A DNA stretch of 64,000 bases. Origin: Leptospirales bacterium (GTDB lineage Bacteria > Spirochaetota > Leptospiria > Turneriellales > JAOUFE01). Below, in pieces: positions 10,037 through 17,749 of this stretch. The stretch lies in NCBI GenBank assembly GCA_040326155.1, contig JBEQLE010000010.1, positions 1 through 64,000 of the forward strand. Reading direction: 5' to 3'. The notes under the pieces were generated by a model. The model was not told the DNA's origin and ran no database searches. It saw only the letters and a list, made by a program, of their open reading frames with translations. A program made the translations under genes and the position numbers. Within the stretch, counting starts at the first letter, position 1. Each line of letters opens with the position of its first letter.

Positions 10037-10306
10037 ATGGATTTACAACATGAGAAAAATAGAGTTTTAACTCATTTAATTCTGGACAAGGGATTTCGGG
10101 ACAGCTTGAAAAACAGTACGAGTGACGGCGTAAAAGACGTTATAAATGGCGCCAATGTCGATCCCCCTTTGAAGGCCAGTGACCTTGATGACGGCTTTTT
10201 AACAAAATTGAAAACAGCCGTAGATACCAAGGATTTGGGAAGCCAACCAATTGATAGTATCGAATCTTTAAAAGGTGGAGTAGAACCTGCTCCTGCTTCC
10301 TGGTAA
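10037..10306 (+). CDS. Putative RiPP precursor 1 (NHLP/Nif11-like leader, C-terminal GG-VEPAPASW)
   Basis: 89 aa, GGAGG RBS, paralog of 10700..10987. RVLTHLILDKGFRDSL resembles the 'D..F...L' leader helix of NHLP-clan precursors. Upstream of three rSAM genes. Confidence 0.75.
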   Translation: MDLQHEKNRVLTHLILDKGFRDSLKNSTSDGVKDVINGANVDPPLKASDLDDGFLTKLKTAVDTKDLGSQPIDSIESLKGGVEPAPASW

Positions 10307-10340
10307 TTTCACCAGAATTTTAAAGACTTTTGATGGTTAT

Positions 10341-10362
10341 CGACCTGGCTTAGTCCAGGTCG
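10341..10362 (+). terminator. Stem-loop after precursor 1 (terminator or mRNA stabiliser)
   Basis: CGACCTGG-cttagt-CCAGGTCG; a related hairpin follows precursor 2; no strong U-tract. Confidence 0.5.
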
Positions 10363-10381
10363 CTATATTAGATGTCGGCGA

Positions 10382-10522
10382 GAATTCTATGATTTTATAG
10401 GGTTAATTGCCTTTGGTCATCAATAGTACCCAGAATTTCAAATTCTCTTCTTCCGCTGTAAACAGCGTTCATTTATTTTGTTGCAAAATTCCAGTTAAAC
10501 TGCACCCTGATACATTAACCAT
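10382..10522 (-). pseudogene. Decayed duplicate of the 5' end of the kinase gene 4568..9850
   Basis: Minus strand from ATG 10522 reads MVNVSGCSLTGILQQNK*T, then after frameshifts YSGRRE-FEILGTID and PKAINPIK..IEF. The intact kinase reads MIKVSGYNLDGILHQNKRT..YSGRRE...EFKILDTIDAPNVIKPIKLIEY. Confidence 0.85.
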
Positions 10523-10637
10523 AATTACACTTGCAGATTTACTCTACTACTAAACTACAATTGTCCCATGATGTTTAATGGGTTAATTATTAAACATCCG
10601 ATATATTGATTTTAAAATGATTTTTTTAATAAAAATG

Positions 10638-10665
10638 TTGACCACCACTGTAGGTGATATACGGT
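10638..10665 (+). promoter_or_regulatory. Putative sigma70-type promoter of precursor 2 and the rSAM genes
   Basis: TTGACC-N16-TACGGT, homologous to 9977..10004; GGAGG RBS follows. Confidence 0.5.
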
Positions 10666-10699
10666 AGTATTAATAAAATTAAAAGATTGGAGGGAAATA

Positions 10700-10987
10700 A
10701 TGGAAACAAATGATCTACAAGGTTCACAAAACAGAATTTTAACTCACATGGTGCTAGATAAGGCTTTCTATGAAAGTTTGAAAGGCAAGACGATTGTGGA
10801 AATGAGAAACGTTGTAAATGACGCTCAGATCGATCCCAATTTACAGGCCGCCCAACTTGGTGACGATTTCTTTACAAGATTAGGTACAGCCGTCAATGAT
10901 AATGGGGATTTGGAAACTAAACCAATTCAGGACATCTTAATCTTAAAAACTGAGGTGATGGGGCAGCCTGCACCAGCTTCCTGGTAA
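10700..10987 (+). CDS. Putative RiPP precursor 2 (C-terminal VMG-QPAPASW)
   Basis: 95 aa, GGAGG RBS, aligns over its full length with precursor 1; identical PAPASW terminus. Confidence 0.75.
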   Translation: METNDLQGSQNRILTHMVLDKAFYESLKGKTIVEMRNVVNDAQIDPNLQAAQLGDDFFTRLGTAVNDNGDLETKPIQDILILKTEVMGQPAPASW

Positions 10988-11112
10988 TTTCACTAGAATT
11001 TTAAAGACTTTTGAAATTAGTCCTGGTTAAGTCCAGGTCATAAAATCCGAGAACAAAGCAATTATATGCTTCATGCATTATTTTGGCTTTGTCTGGACAA
11101 ATCACAAGATAT

Positions 11113-11142
11113 AGGGCATCATCATAGCGGGTGATGCCTTTT
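11113..11142 (+). terminator. Terminator-like hairpin between precursor 2 and the first rSAM gene
   Basis: AGGGCATCATC-atagcg-GGTGATGCCTT running into a short T tract, ~18 nt before the ATG at 11160. Confidence 0.55.
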
Positions 11143-11159
11143 CAACAGGGTAGTAGAAT

Positions 11160-13022
11160 ATGAAAACTGTACTTATAGCAACTCACCAGGTTTCTTTTGA
11201 TCTTCCGGTATCGTTATATTGTAGCATGGGTGTTCTGACCCTGGCTACTGCTCTAAAAAAGCGTAACCTGCCATGCGAAGTTCTTGATTTATTTGAACAT
11301 AATGATTTACATGAAAGCAATTATGATGAAGCTATAGATGCAGTTGTTGAAAAAATTCTTTTATCGAAACCGGACGTTATAGGCTTTTCAACGATGAGCG
11401 ATAATTTAATCATCGCTCTGGAGCTGGCAAAACGGATAAAGCAAGCTCGTCCCGCAGTTCATACTATTTTGGGCGGCCCGGGAAGCGCCTTTTGCGCACA
11501 AGACATCCTTTTAAACTTTCCCCATACCGACCTGGTCATCCGAGGAGAGGCGGACGATGTTTTCCCCGAATATATCGAGTCTCTGAATCAAGGGCAGACC
11601 AATAACGATTTACGCGGATTGGTATTTCGCAACGAACAAAAAATAATCGATAACGGATGGCCGGACCCGATAAAAGATATGGACTCTCTTCCGATATCGG
11701 ATTATAATTTAATTAATGGATTAGGTATAAAACCTGGTGATCACAGGTATGGCGGTTTCGGTGTTGTTACGATCGAAATTGGCCGCGGTTGCCCCTATTC
11801 CTGTTCTTTTTGTTCTACTTCCACCTATTTTAATCGGGAATTCAGGGTAAAATCTACGGACCGCATAATCGAAGAGATGTTATTGATTGAAAAAAAACTG
11901 GGGCCAGTCCGGATACTATTCAATCATGATACTTTTACAGTAGATCGAGAGTATGTATTAGAACTATGCGATAAAATTATAAAAAATATCCCCAACCCGG
12001 ACTGGTTATGCTTTTCCAGACTGGATACGCTTGATAAAGAGATGTATACAAAAATGGGAGAAGCCGGTTGTACCGATATCTTTGTAGGACTTGAAAGCGC
12101 TACAAAGAAAATGCAAAAGACGCTCAATAAAAAACTGGATGTCAATGAATTTGATATGTTACTGGACATTGCCAAGAATACGAAAATTGGAATTGTCCTT
12201 GCATTTATTGTCGGTTTTCCCGAAGAAGAAAAACAAGACATTAAAGAAATGCTCTCGTTTTTACTCAAAGTAAAATATTTAACTCGGGACCAATCCACCA
12301 TTATCTTTGCCGCATTAACCCCTATGATCGGGACTCCTATATATAAAACATGGAAAAACAAATTAGCGTATGATAAGTATGGTAGCAGAGGCACCACGGA
12401 TATACCCTTTAAATGGACTTCCTTTAGAGAGACGATTCAGGCATATCCTGAAATTTTTTCTGTATTTTTTCATTTGGACACCGGTGGCGCTAAAAGATTG
12501 AATGATGTAAAATATCAGTCCATAGTCGCAACACTGGATATAATATTAAATGCATCAATTTTAATAGCTTATGAATGGTTAGAGAAAGGTGTTGCCGAGG
12601 CTTTGGTTCAACATATCGATGAAATTAATTTTCCTGAACCGACACGGGCGGGATTCTTCGACTCTCCGGCTTTGGCGGAATCGATTCGAAAGGTAATTTA
12701 CACAGCTATGCAGAATGAACCGTTAGCGCAGGCAATGTTTGACGCTGTGGCTAAATATGAGATAGCCAAATACGAAGTGCAGTTAATAAAAAACAGCAGC
12801 CATTCTATAGTTATTGAGGTTATTGTCGATCCGATTCCTTTGGCCGAGCAAATTGAAAATCGCATGGGAATGAAAAAAATTGCTGAAAATTTAACTGTGA
12901 ACAATCAACCAATGCATTATATGGTAATTCGTGATGAAGAGAATCAAAAGATTAAAGCTACGAAAGTTTCTTCTGACATGGTCAAAATTCTTGACTCAGA
13001 TGCAAAGGCAGTGGAGACTTAA
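11160..13022 (+). CDS. Cobalamin-binding radical SAM enzyme 1 (class B methyltransferase-like)
   Basis: N-terminal B12-binding Rossmann domain (PDVIGFS..ILGGPG..VIRGEAD); GRGCPYSCSFC CxxxCxxC motif; ~200-aa C-terminal extension. Confidence 0.92.
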   Translation: MKTVLIATHQVSFDLPVSLYCSMGVLTLATALKKRNLPCEVLDLFEHNDLHESNYDEAIDAVVEKILLSKPDVIGFSTMSDNLIIALELAKRIKQARPAVHTILGGPGSAFCAQDILLNFPHTDLVIRGEADDVFPEYIESLNQGQTNNDLRGLVFRNEQKIIDNGWPDPIKDMDSLPISDYNLINGLGIKPGDHRYGGFGVVTIEIGRGCPYSCSFCSTSTYFNREFRVKSTDRIIEEMLLIEKKLGPVRILFNHDTFTVDREYVLELCDKIIKNIPNPDWLCFSRLDTLDKEMYTKMGEAGCTDIFVGLESATKKMQKTLNKKLDVNEFDMLLDIAKNTKIGIVLAFIVGFPEEEKQDIKEMLSFLLKVKYLTRDQSTIIFAALTPMIGTPIYKTWKNKLAYDKYGSRGTTDIPFKWTSFRETIQAYPEIFSVFFHLDTGGAKRLNDVKYQSIVATLDIILNASILIAYEWLEKGVAEALVQHIDEINFPEPTRAGFFDSPALAESIRKVIYTAMQNEPLAQAMFDAVAKYEIAKYEVQLIKNSSHSIVIEVIVDPIPLAEQIENRMGMKKIAENLTVNNQPMHYMVIRDEENQKIKATKVSSDMVKILDSDAKAVET

Positions 13023-13040
13023 AAGTCTCGGTCTCTAAAT

Positions 13041-14882
13041 ATGAAAGTTACCCTGGTTGCGACGCATCAGATAACGAAAACGCATCCAACTCCGCTCTAT
13101 AGCGCATTGGGAGTGCTTGCACTCGCTGCGGCAGTAAAACAGCGGCAATATGAATGTGAAGTTATTGATCTGGTTCGCTATAATAAGGTGGCGGAACATT
13201 TGTTTGAACCGATGGCAGATGAAATTGCTGAAAAACTTTTAGAAACAAAACCCGATATTATTGGGTTTTCCACCATTACGGATAATTTAATTATTGCTCT
13301 TGAACTTGCTAAAAGAGTAAAAAAAATGTCACCGGGTATATGCATCATAATGGGTGGGCCGGGAGTTTCCTATTGTTCTCAAGATGTATTAGAGAACTTT
13401 CCCGCTGTGAACTATATAATACGCGGGGAAGCGGATTATGCCTTTCCGGATTTTCTTTCAGCCTATGAAGCTAAGGACGAGAATCCCCAGATTAAAGGTC
13501 TCGTTTACCACAATGGCGATACCATGGTCGATTTGGGATGGCCAGACCCGGTTGAAGATCTGGATCAACTGCCTATTCCGGCATATGAATTTTGCACAGA
13601 CATCGAATTTGAAACTTCATGGTATGACCATCGATATGGCTTTCTTATTGAAGCCGGTAGAGGCTGTCCGTACAATTGCAGTTTTTGTTCCTCTTCGTTT
13701 TATTTTAAACGGAAGTACAGAGTAAAATCGATTGAAAGATTAGTTAAGGAAATTCATTATTTAAGAGGAAAGATTAAAAATAAAAGAGCTCGGTTCATTC
13801 ATGATTTACTGACATTTAAACAAGATTATATGGAGAAGTTGTGCGAAGCTCTGACTTTGGAGTTTCCAGATCTCAAATGGGGCTGCGATTCTCGCCTTGA
13901 TACGATTGACCCTCCGTTAATAGAAAAAATGGTTAAATCGGGGTGTGACTTTATATTTCTTGGCATTGAAGCTGCAACACCCAGAATGCAAAAAAACATC
14001 GGAAAAAGGCTCGATTTGAGTCGTATTGATACTGTATTGGAAAGTTTTAAAAAATGGAAGATTAAATTTATTTTTTCATTCGTAGTGGGGTTGCCTGAAG
14101 AGGATGAGTCGGATATCAGGGCGATCTTTAAGTTGGCATTTAAAACAAGAGCTGCATGTGGAAATAATTGTACCGTACAACTGCATCCTTTAATACCCGA
14201 ACTGGGCTCCAGTCTGTTTCCTGAAGATTTAAATGATATCGTATACGATGTAAATCATAGAATGGTGGAAAATGCGCTGCCATTTCACTGGACCGAACTT
14301 CGAAAAATCGTACAAAAACACCCAGGTATATTTCCGAGTTTTTACAGACTTAAAAAAACGTTAGGTAATTATTCCTCACCTGAAACTGACCCGTCAAAAT
14401 TTGCCCACTTTACGCTGATTCTTCAAGAAGGAATGATAAATTCTCTGCTTTTTGCTTATCGCGTGCTGGGGGACGAACAACTGGCAAAAGTAATTTTTGA
14501 GTGTATGGATGAATTCACTTTTGCAGATATGGATACAAGAGAAGAAGCGGAATTTAACGACATATTTACTTTGATACGAACAAGAACCGCCAATTTGATT
14601 GGAGAAAATGAGGAAAACAAAAGACTCGTCGAAGTATTTAAATCTCTGGCAACATTTGAAATGGCAGTTTATAAAATCAGGCAAAAAGAATCCTCCGAAT
14701 ATATTGAACAAATTGATGTTTCCTATTCCGAAGAGGAAATGCTGTTTTTAGCCTCAAATCCAGATGCTCATGAAGATGTATCTCCCAGACAGAGGCGCTT
14801 AATGATACTTTGGGACAAAGGTGAAAGTAACATTAAGTGTGTGGAAGTGTCTCTAGACATGCAAAATTTAGCAAACATTTAA
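13041..14882 (+). CDS. Cobalamin-binding radical SAM enzyme 2
   Basis: PDIIGFS..IMGGPG..IIRGEAD; GRGCPYNCSFC; FIHDLLT; FLGIE. Confidence 0.92.
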   Translation: MKVTLVATHQITKTHPTPLYSALGVLALAAAVKQRQYECEVIDLVRYNKVAEHLFEPMADEIAEKLLETKPDIIGFSTITDNLIIALELAKRVKKMSPGICIIMGGPGVSYCSQDVLENFPAVNYIIRGEADYAFPDFLSAYEAKDENPQIKGLVYHNGDTMVDLGWPDPVEDLDQLPIPAYEFCTDIEFETSWYDHRYGFLIEAGRGCPYNCSFCSSSFYFKRKYRVKSIERLVKEIHYLRGKIKNKRARFIHDLLTFKQDYMEKLCEALTLEFPDLKWGCDSRLDTIDPPLIEKMVKSGCDFIFLGIEAATPRMQKNIGKRLDLSRIDTVLESFKKWKIKFIFSFVVGLPEEDESDIRAIFKLAFKTRAACGNNCTVQLHPLIPELGSSLFPEDLNDIVYDVNHRMVENALPFHWTELRKIVQKHPGIFPSFYRLKKTLGNYSSPETDPSKFAHFTLILQEGMINSLLFAYRVLGDEQLAKVIFECMDEFTFADMDTREEAEFNDIFTLIRTRTANLIGENEENKRLVEVFKSLATFEMAVYKIRQKESSEYIEQIDVSYSEEEMLFLASNPDAHEDVSPRQRRLMILWDKGESNIKCVEVSLDMQNLANI

Positions 14883-14886
14883 CAAA

Positions 14887-16728
14887 ATGAAAACCCTGCT
14901 TATTGCCACTCACCAGATCTCTTTTTCGCAGCCGCAATCTTTATACAATTGTCTTGGTGTGTTAACTCTGGCCGCTTGCTTGAAAAAGCGCAACCTGAAT
15001 TGTGAAGTTTTAGACCTGTTTGAATATAACGACCTTTATAATCGAGATTGCAGTGAAGTATTGGATTCCATTGCTCAAAAAATTATAGCCGCAAAGCCCG
15101 ACATTCTTGGTTTTTCGGCGATGATCAATAATCTACCCATTGCCCTGGAGTTGGCCGCTCGTGTTAAGAAAATTCGACCCGATGTGTTTACTGTTTTTGG
15201 AGGACCGGGCGCAGCTTTTTGTGCCAAAGAAGTTCTGTTAAATTTTAAACAAGTGGATGTCATTTTTCGAGGCGAGGCCGATGTGGTCTTTCCCGGTTAT
15301 ATTGAAAATTTAGCAAATAATAATAACAGCAACAACTCGGTTCCAGGGTTGATTTTTCGAAACGGAGCAGAAATCGTAGATAACGGCTGGCCCGAACCGA
15401 TTGCAAATCTGGATGAGCTTCCCGTTCCAGATTATCATTTTGACAGTGAATCTTATAAGAGTCAGACAACAAAGCAATTTGGCGATTACAATGGTGTCTC
15501 CATAGAAGTCGGCCGCGGTTGTCCATATACGTGTACGTTTTGTTCCACTTCCGAGTATTTTAAACGAAAGTATCGGTTAAAGACCGTTGATCGAATTATT
15601 GAAGAAATATTATTAATACATAGAAGACTTGGTCGGGCCAGAATTATTTTTAACCACGATCTTCTCACTTTAAAGCGAAAGTTTGTTTTCGAATTATGCG
15701 AACAAATTGAAGCGCGCGTTCCAGGGTTAATCTGGAAGTGCCACGCCAGGTTGGATACTCTGGACTCAGAAATGCTTACCAAAATGAACGAAGCCGGCTG
15801 TAATGAAATTTTTCTGGGTCTTGAAAATGCCACAGAGAAAATGCAAAAAATTGTGAAAAAGAAGCTGGACCTGGATAAATTTGACGTGCCGCTGGAGAGC
15901 GCCGCCTCCTTAGATATGAAGTTCAGTCTCTCTTTTATTGTAGGTTTCCCGGAAGAAGAGGAGGAAGACATTCGCGCTATCTTTGCCTACTCTTTAAAAG
16001 CAAAACAGATGTGCCGCGAAAAAGTCCAAATTAAAATTCATACACTGGCTCCGCTGGTTGGCTCGGCTTTGTATGAACAATGGAAAGATAGACTGGTGTA
16101 CGACGCCTATGGAAGTATTTCGACTACCGATATTCCGCATTCCTGGAGCTCTTTAAGAAACACCATTCAAGGTCACCCCGAGATATTTTCCATATATTTT
16201 CATTTAGACATTGGACAATCGCGAAGAATAAATTCGTCCAAATATGGCTATTTAGGTTTAATTATTGAGAAATTGATGATTTATAGTATGTCGTTGGCCC
16301 ATGAATGGCTCGGCGATAGCATTGCCGAAATTTTTGTAAATAATATTGATGAAATTATTTTACCGCAAGCCGCATCGGCAAAAGACTCAGAATATCATGC
16401 TCTGGCGCAGTCTGTCAGAAAACTACTCACAAAGGCTTTGCAATACGATTCGGTAGCACAGAGCATGTACGATGCTGTGGCCCAATATGAAATTGCCGTT
16501 CTCGATATAATGAGCAATAGAACGAATGGCTACATGAAAGTTATTGAAGTCTATTATGACCCGGAGGAATTAATAGAACGAATCCATAAATGGCAGACTA
16601 TGAAACAAGTTGCTGAAAATCTAAACAAAAGAGATGAACCGCTTTGCTTAATGATTTTATGGGACGATAAGGAAAATAAACTGAAACGAACGGAAATTTC
16701 ACCGGATTTCGCTCACCTAGTCAGTTAA
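14887..16728 (+). CDS. Cobalamin-binding radical SAM enzyme 3 (close paralog of enzyme 1)
   Basis: PDILGFS..FGGPG..FRGEAD; GRGCPYTCTFC; C-terminal YDAYGS..TTDIP..PEIFS..FHLD shared with enzyme 1. Confidence 0.92.
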   Translation: MKTLLIATHQISFSQPQSLYNCLGVLTLAACLKKRNLNCEVLDLFEYNDLYNRDCSEVLDSIAQKIIAAKPDILGFSAMINNLPIALELAARVKKIRPDVFTVFGGPGAAFCAKEVLLNFKQVDVIFRGEADVVFPGYIENLANNNNSNNSVPGLIFRNGAEIVDNGWPEPIANLDELPVPDYHFDSESYKSQTTKQFGDYNGVSIEVGRGCPYTCTFCSTSEYFKRKYRLKTVDRIIEEILLIHRRLGRARIIFNHDLLTLKRKFVFELCEQIEARVPGLIWKCHARLDTLDSEMLTKMNEAGCNEIFLGLENATEKMQKIVKKKLDLDKFDVPLESAASLDMKFSLSFIVGFPEEEEEDIRAIFAYSLKAKQMCREKVQIKIHTLAPLVGSALYEQWKDRLVYDAYGSISTTDIPHSWSSLRNTIQGHPEIFSIYFHLDIGQSRRINSSKYGYLGLIIEKLMIYSMSLAHEWLGDSIAEIFVNNIDEIILPQAASAKDSEYHALAQSVRKLLTKALQYDSVAQSMYDAVAQYEIAVLDIMSNRTNGYMKVIEVYYDPEELIERIHKWQTMKQVAENLNKRDEPLCLMILWDDKENKLKRTEISPDFAHLVS

Positions 16729-16779
16729 TACACTTTCTGCCTGAAAGGATTGTTTACGGTATGTTCTAAGATTTAAGTA

Positions 16780-17703
16780 TTGCCTGTGAAGCAGTATCAA
16801 TTATTTAAAGATAAAGCCATATTGGCTGTAAAAGGTTTTATGATGGGTACCGCCGACGTTGTACCCGGAGTTTCCGGTGGAACCATCGCTTTAATTAGTG
16901 GAATTTATGAACACCTCATTACCGCCCTTAGTTCCGTAAAAATTTCCCATGCAAAAGATCTATTTTTCCTGATTTTTACACGGCCCGGTTCCGAGAAAAG
17001 AGTCGCCGCAATTCATTCCTTAACAAGAATACCCTGGAATTTTCTACTTCCACTTATGTTCGGTATCCTATCGGGCGCCATGGTCTTTTTCCGTATTATG
17101 CCCTACCTGTTAGAAACTCATCCTTTGTATACTTACTCCTTTTTCTTCGGCCTCATTTTATTTTCACTTACGATACCGTATAAACATATGCATAAACATC
17201 TTTATGATTTTGCAATTTTAATCTTTTTTGCCTTTGTCACATTTATGGTAACCGTTTTTATTGGCGAGCAGGAAGGCACTACAAATCTATTTTACATATT
17301 TTTTTCCGGCGCTCTGGCCATTTGCGCCATGATTCTGCCCGGTATTTCCGGCGCTTACATACTTTTAATATTAGGGGAATACCATATTATAACAGACTCC
17401 CTTGAATTCCCGTTTGATCTGCCCATTGTACTTACTTTTATTGCCGGCATGGTGATCGGTTTGCTCTCTTTTGTTCGTTTGTTAAAGTCTCTATTGTATC
17501 ATCATCACTCTCGAACTATGGCCGCCTTGACCGGAGCGATGGTCGGTAGCATGTATAAACTTCTACCTTTTCCTCATATAAAAGGTTCGATAGGTACCTC
17601 CGATTACGCTATATTTGCTGCTATGGCCCTGTTGGGAATGTTATTTATTTTTGCCATGGAGCGGGCTGCTCTCGCAGTGAAAGATCCGGAACCGCCGATT
17701 TAA
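16780..17703 (+). CDS. DUF368 membrane protein (undecaprenyl-phosphate translocase family)
   Basis: GFMMGTADVVPGVSGGTIALISGIY and AICAMILPGISGAYILLILG repeats; multiple TM segments. Exact start uncertain. Confidence 0.88.
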   Translation: MPVKQYQLFKDKAILAVKGFMMGTADVVPGVSGGTIALISGIYEHLITALSSVKISHAKDLFFLIFTRPGSEKRVAAIHSLTRIPWNFLLPLMFGILSGAMVFFRIMPYLLETHPLYTYSFFFGLILFSLTIPYKHMHKHLYDFAILIFFAFVTFMVTVFIGEQEGTTNLFYIFFSGALAICAMILPGISGAYILLILGEYHIITDSLEFPFDLPIVLTFIAGMVIGLLSFVRLLKSLLYHHHSRTMAALTGAMVGSMYKLLPFPHIKGSIGTSDYAIFAAMALLGMLFIFAMERAALAVKDPEPPI

Positions 17704-17749
17704 TCCCAATTTTGGTTGTCGTCCGATAACCAAAACAGACTTTTGTTCC

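Noticed and set aside
15317..15336. AAT/AAC run in rSAM 3 (NNNNSNN) as a phase-variation tract
   Set aside because: Short, imperfect, in-frame trinucleotide run in a probable loop.
11924..15971. Minus-strand ORFs 11924..12397, 14394..14711 and 15486..15971
   Set aside because: Antisense shadows of the rSAM genes with no recognisable motifs.
16780..17703. DUF368 gene as exporter or immunity gene of the RiPP cluster
   Set aside because: It is co-directional and only ~50 nt downstream, but it belongs to a widespread undecaprenyl-phosphate recycling family and is followed by thyX. It more likely marks the return to core genome; not fully excluded.
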